The notes under the pieces were generated by a model. It saw only the letters and a program-made list of their open reading frames with translations. It searched no databases and had not been told where the DNA came from. Positions 1 through 13,400 of a stretch of DNA of 50,087 nt are shown piece after piece. A program made the translations under genes and the position numbers. The stretch comes from Catajapyx aquilonaris. Lineage: Eukaryota. Where the stretch lies: contig KZ538739.1 of assembly GCA_000934665.2 (NCBI GenBank), forward strand, positions 1 through 50,087, given 5' to 3'. Every line of letters starts with the position of its first letter. The first letter of the stretch is position 1.

Positions 1-462
1 AGCTCCTACCCCAATTTTGAACAGCGAACTACGAATCAATAGATCTGGTACGTGCCACTTAAAAATATTGAAGGATCAGGTACATCACGACACTCTATAG
101 GGAAGTGGTGGTGTAGTCCAAAACTATGATTTTAAAATGTTGGGAATTCCATCAGAGTGCCAAGTTTCAGCACTCTCAGTAGTCTGAAAGTGGGTTCGGT
201 AGCTGTGACATACTGTACAAACTTTCCTGTTTATAAATATAGAGATGACATAACCATTGTTTATAGTCCTTTGCCTTATAGAACGTGTAAGGGTCATGAG
301 GGGGTACTCCCAGCTGGACCGCTGCATGTGACTTCAGAGTGGCGACGCTGTACGTTTTCATTCTTATGATTTATTATTTACAGTTCGTTGATTTTTGAGA
401 GGCCATGTATCCTCAGAAACGACCTTTTGTCAAGAGTGCGGCACAATTTGACGACCCTAAAA

Positions 463-3400
463 ATGTCTTCTTCACATGTGTCCCTGGCACAGCTGTCATC
501 GCCTCCTCGCTTCTACCTCCCCGGAGAAGTGGCCATCCACAACAAAGACAACGACCTGTGGGTGTCCTGGCTGGGTCACGTGTACAACCTGACCGACCTG
601 GTGAAGACGTGCGACGACCCCAAATTGACCGCGACCATCCGAGCATACGCCGGCAAGGACATCAGCCATTGGTTCAATCCCGAGACAGAAGACGTAAGTA
701 CAGGGACACAGAAAAAGAAAGAGAAGGGGCCTAGGGTCTGCTGGATCCGGGCCAAATGGGGCCTTAGGGGGAATCCACCCGGAATTGAGAAGAGGAAAGG
801 CCTAGTCTGCAAATCCACATGGCTGTCTGGAATAAAGCTTATGTATCGATCTGGAGGAAAACTAGGGAGGAGAGACATGTTTGGATACATTTCTAGGCAC
901 AAAAGAATCTGGAATTTTTTTTGGAGGGGTGAAAGCCATTGTTGAGGTGGTCCAAGGGAGATAACGCGGTTCAGGAGACAAAGAGCGGAAATGTCTCCAA
1001 AAAAAAACGCCGCCAGAATAGATACGGAGTTGAGACACTTACCCCATATCTGGACGGGCTAAACTAATGGCCGCCATTAAAACATGCAGTTTGAACCTGA
1101 CATTGTTTAACCGGTAATCATGTGTCAGGGCACTGGGAATTTAATGGGGACAAAATCTGCCAGGGGAATCTGCTGGGAGAAGCGGCTCCTTTCTGTATAT
1201 ACTGTACGCCTTTCTTGTTTTTCCTGGCTGCAAATGGGTAGGACCTGGGGGATGATGGGGGTAGACGAAGGCACGTACAATACATTTGCAGTGCAGTGTC
1301 CTCATTCGCGGTAAAAGTCACATTTGCCTCTTATTGGTCCAGGGAAGAAGCGAGGAGAGCGTCGGACCGATTTCGTCAATGTGCCGAAATCGAAGGCGTA
1401 GCAGGGCTGCAGAAATAAACAAGGCTACAGTTCTGACTTTGTTGCCAATTGCGAAACATTGCGTCTCTTACCGATGCCCAATTTTCCGAAATCAAATTCG
1501 ATCAGGTATTTTTGAGAGGGCATATCCAGAAACATTTTTTTTTGCAACATTTTTGTCTAGTAGTTTACCACACACAATTTCATGCCAAAAGTTTGGTGGT
1601 GCCGTCGGACCTGATATTTTTGGCATTCTGGTTTGTTCAATTCCCTCCAGTGTACAGTACAGCCTCTCTGACCTATGCTGGCAGTTACTCAATAACGTGC
1701 CGTCCCAGGCAACAAAGCAGCTTTTAAAAACAAGGGGCGAAAAAGTTCGGCATGGGTGAGACATTGTCAGAAATCCCATGCAGGCCGCTTCCTCAAACTC
1801 AAAACGTGAGAGGAAAACTGCTGGGACATAACAGCTCTCAGCCTGATTGGCAGATAAAGGCTCCTGAAAACTTGTAACACAAACTCTGTAATTGTCCCCC
1901 CCAGCTGTGGACCGCCGTCAACGTCAAGACAGGAGGCCGCGACTGCCGTCTTCCACACAACAGCCCATTGTTGCACGTCCATCCTGAGGAACCATCGACC
2001 AACTGGCCCATCCAACCCCCCTATCCGTGGTGGAGGAACAAGGACTACCTCGTGGGCAAGCTAACGAGCGGATCCAGGTTCATCCGACTTGTCAACACCC
2101 TCGTTTCCACATCCGACACCATAGAGGTGAGCGCGCCCAACGGTCACATCCGGGGAAGTTTGACGCCACATACCCTTTGACGTTCCGCCATATTTGGGAC
2201 CCGGTTTTAACCAGGGGCGGACAAAAATTAACACCCTCGGGAGGGTTTTTAAACTGAACGGCTTGAGCCTGTTTAATTTATGGGGCATTAGAGGGCTGGC
2301 TTACTGGCTTGTTCCCGCAGTGGAGGCGATTATTCATTAGCCGCACTTTCAAGACGACGTAACCTGTTTGTTTGCTAATATTCGGTGGGTCGCAACCTGT
2401 GCCCTACGGTGCCGCTGGATGTGCACCAGACCGTTGATTTCATGCTCATTTGTAGCGAATCTACCTCCCCAGTAATAGCTCACTCCAGTTTCGTCTAGGA
2501 TTTGTGGAAAACTTAAATGCGCTATCTCTCTGACTGGGAGGATGGAAGTCCCCGAGGTGTGCTTCATATTCCCTCAAGCGATATCATCCCAGTCCTGGCC
2601 TAAACAATAGCCCATCGTTTACTGTCTCCCCCACGAATCGAGCCTAGGGTCTACAGTATACTCTGCTGGTATTAAAACCAGTTTTTTTTTGTTTTTTTTT
2701 AAACAGCGACCTGATGGTGATCTTCACAGGGCTTGACATTTACATCGCGACCTCTTGTTCAGGAGTAGATAGAATGCACGTATAGGCAGCATTACAGTAC
2801 CCATTTTAAACTGAGCAGGACTTTGCCAATCTGCTTGAAATACTCGTAATTGTCCGCGGGTATGCTCTTGAATCAGGCTGATTTCCGCACGGATAGTCCG
2901 CAGCCCAAACTCTACGCTCAAGTTAACTCTGTGTACACTGCTGAATCTTGAATCTGCAGCTGAAGAAAAAAAAAGGCATCAATTTTACATAGTACTGCGG
3001 TCCCGAGGCTGTAGGAACTTCATCCCAAACTGTACTTTGGGCTGCTGTATAATTGATGACGCGAGTAGATTAATGTTTGCGAAGTACACAACGTGCCCAC
3101 AATCATTTAAGATGAGCAGAAATATTTTAGGTCGATTTGTCATGTAAATGTATATATCGGAATTTTTCATTCTCGATACTGTGAATATTTCATGCTAGTT
3201 CGCATTGGAAGAATTGCAGAAATAATTGATGGCCAGATTTTTTTTCGAATTTTCGAAAAGGGCTGCAGGCAGAAATCAGGCGATTAGAATAACTGGGCTT
3301 TCCTTTGACATCTTTTCCGTCGACGGGTTGTCTCCTGCTGGAAAAGACGCCGAGAGAGAACCGTCTTCGACTGAAAGAAAAAAAAAATCAAGCAGCCGAG

Positions 3401-4776
3401 TCAGAATGTAAATGACCTAGGCACATGAAACAAGGTCAGGAGGCGAATGGTACATGAGGAATGGCGACACTTGGAGGAGACTGCAGATGAGATGCCGCCA
3501 CGTGCATAATCAAGCAGCCAGGAAGAAGCTTGAAGAAGAAAGATGACATTGCCTTTCGCCGACTGTATATCTTTTTATCAACGAAGGCAGAGGGCCTCAT
3601 TCTATTTATGGGCATACTTTTGCAGCGTAGTTTATTAGTAGGACCTTTTTTTTCCTGGAGTGCACGCGTATGGTTTGAGGCGAGGACCATTGAAGGATGT
3701 GACCTGGAGATTTTATGTGCAGCTTTTTTGGACCGTGGTGCAATGCGAAACTTTGATGCTGAGGTCATAATTGGGGCGTTTTGTTGCCCTCCGGAATCAA
3801 TATTTCGGCTTTCAGCTGTGTTGGAAATGGGGGGGTCTAATCGGGCAATTTAATTCTTACAGTGCAAAGGGCTAATGAGTACTTTTGTAGCATTTGGAGT
3901 TCACTTACTTTGTGCCGACGTGGGCTCGAGAAAGTACCTGTTCAAGCATTATTTAACCCATTGTTGCGTTTCAGTAATGCCAAACTCGGATTATCTCCTA
4001 ACGAAGCAGAGTTGTGAGAATAAGTTTTCGCCGATAGCAGCAACCCTTACTAAAAATATACGGCGCCAAAATCAATCCTCTACAACTTCCCTTTTGCTAC
4101 AGGTAGATCCATCGGACCCCGTAGGTTTCCATTAGGACAGACAGCACTGACGGTTTAAAATGACTGGTTTTCTGACAGTTCTGATGCAACATGCCTGTAA
4201 CCTGCTAGTCTCACTGTAAGTTACAACCCCCAAAAAGGCTCCATGACATTTTGACTGAGCTCGGCGCCATCGCGAAGTGACGACGACACCACCCGTCGCT
4301 ATATGATTCGGCCCTCACATCTCGACTATTAATTCAACCCGAAACCATTCCCCGTCTGAATTATTACAAAAGCGTCGTTCTGCAGTGAAAGTAGGGCCAT
4401 TACACTCTCACGTGAACCTCGCACACTCCGCAATTCCTCCGCAGCAATATTACGCCTCCAAAGCGAAATCTAGCGTGCCCACACTCATCTCACCTTTCGA
4501 ACCATATAATTTAGCAATCCAAAAATCGCAACTGTTTTTTCGCAGGTGTGCAAGGAGGAGCCTTTGAGTGTGATCCAGGAGCGATACGCGATCCACAACC
4601 GGCACATCCATAGCTACACCTGGAAGTACCAGGGACGAGTGTTGAACATGAACTTGACTCTGGAGCATAACGGAATCATAGACGATCGTCCTCTCTTCTA
4701 CCTCGAGGGTTTGCCCAGCGACATGCACATTCCGGGCATCCTGCTGTACTACAACGACGACCTGTCTGAGATGTGA
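463..4776 (+). CDS. CYB5D1: Cytochrome b5 domain-containing protein 1 (ciliary radial-spoke heme protein); exons 463-693, 1905-2126, 4546-4776; 227 aa
   Basis: Three exons join in frame at GT..AG boundaries (GAC|gtaagt, ccccag|CTG, GAG|gtgagc, cgcag|GTG). Translation has the family motifs EVAIHN..DLWVSWLGHVYNLT, AGKDISHWFNPET, PWW..Y.VGKLT..RFIRLVNTL, SYTWKY.GRVLNMNLTLEHNGI and the terminal LLYYNDDLSEM. The length matches CYB5D1 orthologs. Confidence 0.93.
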
Positions 4777-4823
4777 CCTGTTGAGACTAACCTGGTTTGA
4801 AGTACTCACCGTTTTTTTACCAA

Positions 4824-4829
4824 AATAAA
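4824..4829 (+). terminator. Polyadenylation signal of CYB5D1 (AATAAA)
   Basis: Canonical AATAAA 48 nt after the TGA stop at 4776. Confidence 0.55.
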
Positions 4830-4923
4830 ACGTATAAAAAGTGCGAAGGATGACACATTGATTGCCTTTCTAGAAGGGGGCAGAGACTAATCGGTTTTCT
4901 GCATGATTACAGGCTCGGGGCAT

Positions 4924-6216
4924 AAGGAAACGAGGCGTATTAATCAGAGCCGTATCGGAAGGTGCAGTCAACTCTGAAGGAGTGGGTGGGGATGAAGAAG
5001 AAAAAAAAATGGAAGGGCATGTCGTAAATAATGGAGTTAATATTAATGAAGATGCGGGCGCGGCGAAGTTCACTTGGGCGCGTTTTGGATGCAAACAACG
5101 TTGGAGAGCCGGGTTACAATGTATGAGGGATGGGGACGCGGATAACCGAGCCTGTAACCGGGGCGGTTTTGGGGGAACCAGTGCACTTTGGGTGTCATTT
5201 TTGATTCATATTATGTTTGGTGAACCGGTGGTAAACAGGCCTCTACCACGGTTGGATTGGTTCGGGTTTGTTGGATGCATACCAAAAAGCCTGGATTTCG
5301 GGTAAGAGCATGGGATTAACCTGCTGGAATTGAGGTGCAAGGAACTGGTTTTTTTACTTTTGCAATTTTGTAAATATTTTGTACAGGCCTGATATGCCTG
5401 AATGATTTTTTTTAGTTCAATTTTTGAAGCATTTTCTTTTTATTAGCAAATGATTAGCAACTTCATGAGTGTCCTATATGTAGGACGCTATGAATTTATG
5501 GGTTAATCAAATTGCTAAATTGCTACTAATTATATTTCTCATCATGTGTGGGTGCATAAAAATATCCTGGGAGTTAGTCCTCCCTCATGCCTCCCATGCC
5601 ATGCGGGTTACGCTGAATAGCCAGGATAATCCGCATGTTTCGGAAATCCTTACAAAGTGACGCATCCGGCCATGTTTTTAACTTTACCCTCATTTTTTTG
5701 TGGCGTACTGGTTAGAGATTGCTCACTGCAAGTCGCCGTCTGACACTTGTTCTCAAGAATGGCTTAAGCGCCTAAGAGGTTACGTCAGCCAAAGCGATAC
5801 GGATCGAGAGAGGCTAAGCCCTGGCAAGAGGAGACCTAACCTAAATCACTGCCAGTGGTTACTGTAATGGCACTTTGGTAACTATGATCTAGATTTTTGG
5901 GGGATGTTATCTAGCATCTCCTTTAGGCCTACTGCATCCAAGTTTCCCATCGGAAATGCTCCCCTACGGACCTGATAAAATGATTGGTCCAGTCCTGCAA
6001 GAGAGTTCAAAAGTAAACTCTGTGTTGCCTTAAGGAACCAAGCTGGAGATCACTATTTTTTTATTAGCTTTTTTTTTGCATTAAAGGCCACGAAGAAGGA
6101 AATGAGGCTCATTAATCAGGCCTATATCGGAAGTTGCAGTCGTGGCTATAAGCACTATAGCGAGGACTAAAAAAACGGAGGTCTTGTCGTAAATATCTGA
6201 CGTTAATATTCATGAA
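4924..6216 (+). repeat. Diverged direct repeat pair of about 125 bp (4924-5050 and 6096-6216)
   Basis: Collinear shared blocks aaggaaa.gaggc, attaatcag, tatcggaag.tgcagtc, tgtcgtaaata and gttaatatt.atgaa in both copies. Confidence 0.6.
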
Positions 6217-9054
6217 CCCACATGCACTTACTCTACCTAGAGCCCAACGTTGCACCAGGTGCTACTAAAGACAACCAGTTATATTCACAAAAAAAAATTA
6301 ACGCAGTCGTTAACTTACGTTTTAGGCATGCATTTAGAAGTAGGATTGCTAAAGTTAGACGTGTCTCTAAAAAGTTGCAGTTTGACGCAAGAATTTAGAA
6401 CAGGATGCTGGGAAAGGCACGGCTGCAAGGCTTGGATTGGAGACTTTGGAGGAAGTATGCGCGGTTGTTGCGGCAGCCGGGTTGTAATGTTGGCAATTAC
6501 TTATGCTGTCCGTGGTGATTTTTTTTAGGGGGAAGCTGGTTGGCTACCATGCAATAATTTTAAAAATCAATTCCTTAGAGGCGTTGCGGCATGTGTAGCC
6601 CAATGTAAAGCGCCAGCCGGTACAGATAAATTGGACTAACTCAGCCAAAACACAGTTGAGTAAATTTTAGACGATGTTAAATGAAATTACTGCCTGTATT
6701 TGTGCTGAATCTCCGAGGAAATTAAGAATAAACCAATCGCATTTCTGATGAGCTACGTACAAAAAAAAAACCATGCTGTATGAACTGTACTACCGGTCAA
6801 ATAGTTAAAAGTCTTCCCCAATTAATCAAGTAATTACTCGATTCAAAATCTCACATATGGAATTGATTAACTCTATGGTCATTGTTGATCGCATGATCTA
6901 TTCTGATGTGGACTGTATGCGTTTGCAATTATTATCATGTCACAATCAAACACGCATCACTGTTCTCACACGTTAATCTCGCGTTTAATGCTCTCATTCG
7001 CACGGAAAATATTGTTCTGTCCTTGCTAAATTGACAATCAAATTGCCTAAATGAGGGACTTGGACCTACTATTTTATTTTCTTCCCTTTTAAAAGCCAGT
7101 TTGATTGTGTGCCACCCTGAGAGCGCAGTAGCTTAGCAACTTTAATTAGCGCTCACTATTTGAATAGGAAAACTGCAGCTGGCTAATTTAGTGGGAAGCC
7201 AACCAAGTGAGACGAGCGTAAATTGGTGTGCATTATTTGTGATACCCCAGACGAACGGAAAGTTACCTAAATACAAAGGAGTGGGAAGAAGTTCAAAGCA
7301 ACAAGGCTATTTGGCTAATTCAGGCTTTGACTCACAGAAGTTTACATTATTGGGCTCATTTTAACGAGTCTTTACTGAACATTATAGTGCAATTAAGCAA
7401 GGTCCATCATTTAGTAGAATACTTCATTTAGAACATTTTATTGTAGTAGTAGCACATTCCCGTACACAAAAGCATGCCATTTTTTGCATATTCCAATAAA
7501 AGGTGTAGTTATGCAAAAAGACTGTCACAAACCGGTCCTTTTCCTTTGACTCCTGCAATATTCTCAGACTCCATTATTTCCTCGAAAGAAAAAAAGGGGG
7601 GCACGGATCCGCCTTCTGTTATTAAGCCCACATCGATTTTGACATTATAGCACGGGAATATCGCTCCATACAAAACCTCAAAAGTAATATCGTCAGGGAT
7701 AGAAGTTTGAAATCGCATCAGGACCAAAACGTCTGAAACTTGGTAACACCATCATAACATGCAGGCTGCGACTTCGACGCGACCTTTTCAACCTAGGTAT
7801 TACCCCTCCCACACTGAACCTAAAACGAAGCTTAGGACCACAAAGTTTGGACTCGTAAGGCGTAAAAGCATTAGACATAGATTTATGACCGTCTCTTTTT
7901 TTTTTGGGGGGGGGGGGGGGCAAAACCCCCCGGTTTTTTTACCCAACCTGATAAAAGACGGGAAAAANGACCGTAACGCTTCCGGAATATCAGGTCGTAA
8001 AGGCGTCTAAAAAAATTCCTTTTATGGTACCGGTACCTCTAAAAGTTACCTGGAGTTCTAAAAAATGAATTAACAAAAACTAGGCACACATCAAAGGGGG
8101 CTTCTATAGTCAACTCCCTTGATGGCTTGATCGCTATACACTCGGAACCGGAATTTTAGTTATGGCTATAGCCCTGGTGTGCCGCATAGATCGATAGAAC
8201 TTGGCCTCTAGGAGGTCGACCCAATGTATTTCAACCATTCAGTTTTTTGGGGGACTGGGCCAAAACGACAGGATAGGTATGGTTACGTGAGTTATGCGAC
8301 CTTGCGGGCCAGTTGTGGGAGGTTGGGTTGTCTAACTATTCAGGATATAGGATAGATATTAGGGTGATATAGGATTGCAGACGTCCTTGCTTGGGTGGTG
8401 CGGGAAAAATGGAATTATTTATGGCCTCTGAAGCGTTTAAGGTAATCGGGGTGGTCATTAATATTTAGAGGAGCTGCTGGTGCTGTTGGGGCGTTGTAGT
8501 CAGTAGTTTTGCGCCGTTTTATGGTCGGATATGGCAGATGGCGAACGCAATCAGTTGTTTAGTACGTGTTTTAAGACTAGTTTTAATAGGGAAGATTTGC
8601 AATGAGCTACCGCGCTGCAGGGTGATTTTTATGAGTATTAACTTTGATTAATTGAAGGGGGGGGAGGGTTCGGAGCAAGATGGTGTTAAGTCGCAAGGAC
8701 TTACTGGAAAAAATTGCACTTAAATGCACGCATATTCATTGTATAGGGATGTAAATGTAGAAAGGCCTTTACGCTCTATACTGTACACAAAATAGACACA
8801 TTTATAGAACATTGTGCCTCGTAAATTTAAAGCGAAACCAGAGCGAAACATACTGTGAGTTTCACAAAATCTGTGATTATATGTATGATGCCTTAACTTT
8901 CCGAGGCACAAAATAACTTACATCTATTTGTTCCCCTGAGGTTCATAAGCGACACCACTATTTATATACAGTATACAGTATAGTATACGGCTGAGTGATG
9001 TGTCATTGGGGAGAACTCTTTCTGTTTAATTTAGGACTGACTGTTTTGCCTCAG

Positions 9055-9235
9055 TTGATACATAATGTATGCATGCATGCACCAAGCTCAAGTTCAATTT
9101 AAAAGTTTTACAGTGCATCACGGTGACTGCTGGTGGTAGCCTATACAGCTATACCCCCAGCAGTCATCGTGATGTACTCTAAAAGTTTTAACTTGAACTT
9201 GAGCTTGGTGCATGCATGCATACATTATGTATCAA
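9055..9235. repeat. Long near-perfect inverted repeat (foldback hairpin, arms about 87 bp)
   Basis: The outer 43 bp (ttgatacataatgtatgcatgcatgcaccaagctcaagttcaa) are exactly reverse-complemented at 9193-9235. The inner arms pair with six mismatches or wobbles around a short loop. Confidence 0.92.
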
Positions 9236-10383
9236 ACATGCTATTCTTAATGAGTGAAATAATTCATAACATTTCACGTCATGAGTACGAAAAACTAAAA
9301 GTAGCTTCAAGAGCAAGTGCACTAAGCCCATGTTCACAATAAAGAAATTTTGGAGAGTGACAGTCTGTAAGTATACTGTGCAGGGTTGGGTTTGGCAATG
9401 CTATGCAAATATATATGGGATATGCAATAAACAGTAGTATCAACATTAACAGCAACACTTTATTTACTTACGTATGCAGTTAGAAGGCGTACAATAAATT
9501 TTTTTGGGAGAAAATACACCAATAATAATACTTGAACACTTGTGTGTTGTGTGTACAGTATATTCAGTCAGAGCTTTTTTTGTCCCTCACAGCCACAATA
9601 TGTCACCTCATTCCATCCCATTAGAATAACGCCAGGGAAATTCCCCAGTTCAGACCTGTATAGCCTGCTGTAATATGACTTGGCTTTAAACACGAGCCCC
9701 CACTTGCAATGTGCATGTGCAAGAGTCACATTAACACACGAGGTAATTGCAGGACATCCAGACTACAAAACGAGGTCGGAATCCAACCCGTGGAACGAGC
9801 TATACGGCTCTGGATTACCAAATGGACCCCTACCATAGTTACTCTGCAAAAAAAAAGGCTTTAATTTTTCTCTCTCTTTTTGTTACTCCCAGCTACCCAC
9901 TTTCCACAGGTGCTCATTGTAGGGGTTCCCAACAAGCCATTCTCACTGTGATTCGGTGTTATTGTTGTTGGTGCAACGCCGTTTGTTAAGGGCTATTGGT
10001 TTTCCGTCAAAAAAGTGGGTCAAATAGCCCCGTACGGTACACAACTATACATTTGTTACACCCTTGTGGTTAGGTGACAGAAGGTAGTTTTTCTGGGGGA
10101 TGCCTATTTATTTAAACAAGTTCGCCCAAGAATTGAAGGAGACGGTGTAACAAATTGAAGTTTGAAAAGTTTTTTTTAAAAGGATGGTTGAATTTTCGTC
10201 TAAACTTTTTGTGTGTGTGTTCACTCCCAGGTCTACAGTAAATCCGGAGCCATTTCCGTTTCTTGGAGTCTCGAGAGGCGACATGAACCCTTCCGGATCG
10301 ATTCAGAAACTTTAATGCTGATATTGTCCCTTGCTGTCCCGGAAAAGTTCATTTGTCGACAAAGTGTGGCAGCAGTTTCCCCC

Positions 10384-10420
10384 NNNNNNNNNNNNNNNNN
10401 NNNNNNNNNNNNNNNNNNNN
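10384..10420. other. Assembly gap (N run) next to a poly-C tract
   Basis: Run of n characters. Confidence 0.95.
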
Positions 10421-13400
10421 GTTTCCCCCCCCCCCCCCCCCTTCCAGCAGCCCGTACTCGTCCGCTAATGTTCACTTTAAAATCAATTGAGTTCCTTCCG
10501 TGTCACATGACATCTACATCGAATACAAATTGCACCACAGGCAGCGAACAGCGCGTATATGTTAGGCTAAATGTAGCTGTTCTATAACAGATAGCTTTTG
10601 GTACTAAACTACTTTCATCTGTAACTCTAGCTAATATTATCAAGCCTTGAATTGGAATAGATTTCCGAACTTATTGGGAACGGCCCACTTATAAGACCAC
10701 TGGCATTTGAGGTCAAGGGTTGAACCCCCCTTTTTTTCAGGCCATTCTGCAGTGGAATGTGAGTGCATTATTCAACCTATAATATTAAAAAATATTTTTC
10801 TGCCAATAAATTGTTGGAATATCTGCTTCATAAAAGCAGACCGATAATCTATACTCCTGCTATTTATTGTAATTAATTTTATTGTTGCCAATAATGTCCT
10901 TGAGATTGTATTCAATAGTGCGGATCCACTTTAACCTCCTTCAGATAGATTAACAAAATTCCATAAGCCGCCATCAGGAGTAAGGCGAACATGTTGCCGA
11001 CAATGAGATGCAGCAACACGTTTGCAGATACGCCGCACTCCCAAAATTACAATAATGCTGCTGACAGCTTGCTGAACATGGAACTTCCATATCGAGTCTG
11101 GGGAATGAGAAAAAGGGCTGGAATTCGCAATTTTTGGCGGTGCTATCGGTGATAAAAAATATGTGGCCTTTATTTTACGTTAAAGTGCTTTTCTAGGGCT
11201 GATTTTTAAGCAGTGTTCTCATATCCAGGCCTTCACAATATGCGCTGGGAAAATATTGTTAGAGCCCCCTTGTAAGGGAGACTTATTTGAGACGTTGATT
11301 TAATACGCAAAAAAAGGTTTCACAGTTTTTATGGGAGGTGCGATATTTCAAGATTTTATTCGAAAGAGATAAATGGCTAAAGTCTGTGTCGCACCCAAAG
11401 CTTTTGGATAGGTCTAGGGCCTGCTATATGGCCTTTACTTAGCGTTCTTGTTAAGTTACGCCTCCACATTCAAATGTGACATTAAATCTTATTTTGTGTA
11501 AGCTACAATTTATAGCGACATTGTCATGCCTAATCACATCAATGATGACATCACCTGTAAGTCTTAAAAACTCGCAAAGCAATTGTGCCAAGTGACAGAA
11601 GCACAGCTTGCGAAAAATACTGGCGCCCATTTAATTTTACTGTCGCAATTCGTTGCCATCCAGCAGATGGATAGGATCTCAGCGACTTTTCATGGAGGCG
11701 CCAGGCGTCCTGCTGTGAAAGTCCGATAAACGGACAAAATAAAAGCTCCTCCTTTTTGGACATCATCTTCACTTTTTTCTTCCTCTTTTACGACACAGTG
11801 ACCCATATTTTTCTTTGAACGCGAAATCCTTTGAGAAATGGTACTCGTATAAAGAGCTGGTTATTTGAAGTCTGACTTTCAACTTGAAAGAGCACCCTGC
11901 TCTATAGTTAGCCCCTACATGGCAGTAAGAGATGTTAGACTATAGTATTGATTATGCAGAAGTACAGAACCATTGTCTTGAGAGTACAATGGCTGGTTGG
12001 CATAATGCAACGAGCTTAACGCTTTAGTTGCAGCTGTGGAACTGTTGCCAGAGCTTAGGGCTGGTTTTAGCTAAATGATGCTGTGCCAGTTTGATTACAT
12101 AATGGAACATTTTCACAAGGTTGTAATAGGCTTAAATATGTTTTAAAAATCAGGAGCTCTAAGCTTAATTCTACTTTGCAATTGGATGTGAATCTGAAAT
12201 CCGATCAGTTGGGTGTGTAATGATTAACATGCTGTAGCAACTGCTGATTTGCACCTTCAATAGAGGACTGTCGGTTTTGGTAATGGCTGTGAAAGCAATC
12301 AAGGCTGAGGATTAATAATTATACTGTGCCCATTTGAACAGGTCTCCGGATGAGATTACCAAGAAAAGAATTTAATAAAGCCAACAGTACCATGAAATCA
12401 AATTTCTTTTTAGCATTGGTAAAAAATTAATGAGGGTTCTAGCCCAAACCCACGCATGACAGGAGATAAAAACTTAATTCAGGCAGAGTAAAGTAATATT
12501 GCATTTGAAAGGTTGTGAAGTTTTAAAATGATTCATCATGAATCTAACTGATGAGTGAGATTACTTTTTTAAACCTCACTTATGTGAAATAGTTGTTGCT
12601 TGAACATCTCCATTCGATAACTTCTCACTTTTATTAGAGAAACATCTGAAATGTCTGTCCCACGGGACTCATATCGCCATCGACCCTGACGGTCTCTGAA
12701 GCAGAACATCCAACTCTCCAAAGTTTGTCTGTCCCTTTGAGGATGTGACCGTTTATGAAAATGAATAGCGCCTCTTCCAAAGGGCCAGAAAACCACTATT
12801 TGAACTATACATAACGAGAGTGAGAGTGGGTACATTCAACACAGCTGCAAACCTGTGCGCTTAATATTTCAAAGGCTAACTACGGAGTCAGAAATCAAAC
12901 ACTTACTGTGAATAACGCAGGTAAAGTCTCTGCACAATTAGCCAGAAACCGAGTAAAATCAGCACAGAACTGTCCTCTGTGACGACCTTCTTTACACCAT
13001 TTTTCAAATTAGAAATGTTATTAGTGTGAAACCTGTAGGCTGTAGCTATACATCATAGTTTCTCTACTTCGCAATTTTTTTACAGTTAATATGTATCCGT
13101 TATAGGCGACATAATCTATGGGGCAGGATCCAAACAAAAAATTTCTAAACTGCAATTTTCCGAGTCCATTATGGACATGTTCCACTGATATTGAAGATGA
13201 GTACGATAAATCATTTCTATCAACTTCCATCCCCATCGTCGACCTGGCCTGATTCCCCAACTGCATCCCAAATGTACGCTTTCTGTTCCTTCTTAATAGA
13301 ATTACGCAATTTCTGAACATAAATTCTTAAATACGTGGCCCGTCTCTTCTAAATCAGTTAGCAAAGAGTGCAAGAGATAATCCACTTTGAGACTCATCTC

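Noticed and set aside
694..945. Extension of the 388-945 ORF beyond the CYB5D1 domain
   Set aside because: Read-through into intron 1; homology resumes at exon 2 (1905) after the GTAAGT donor at 694
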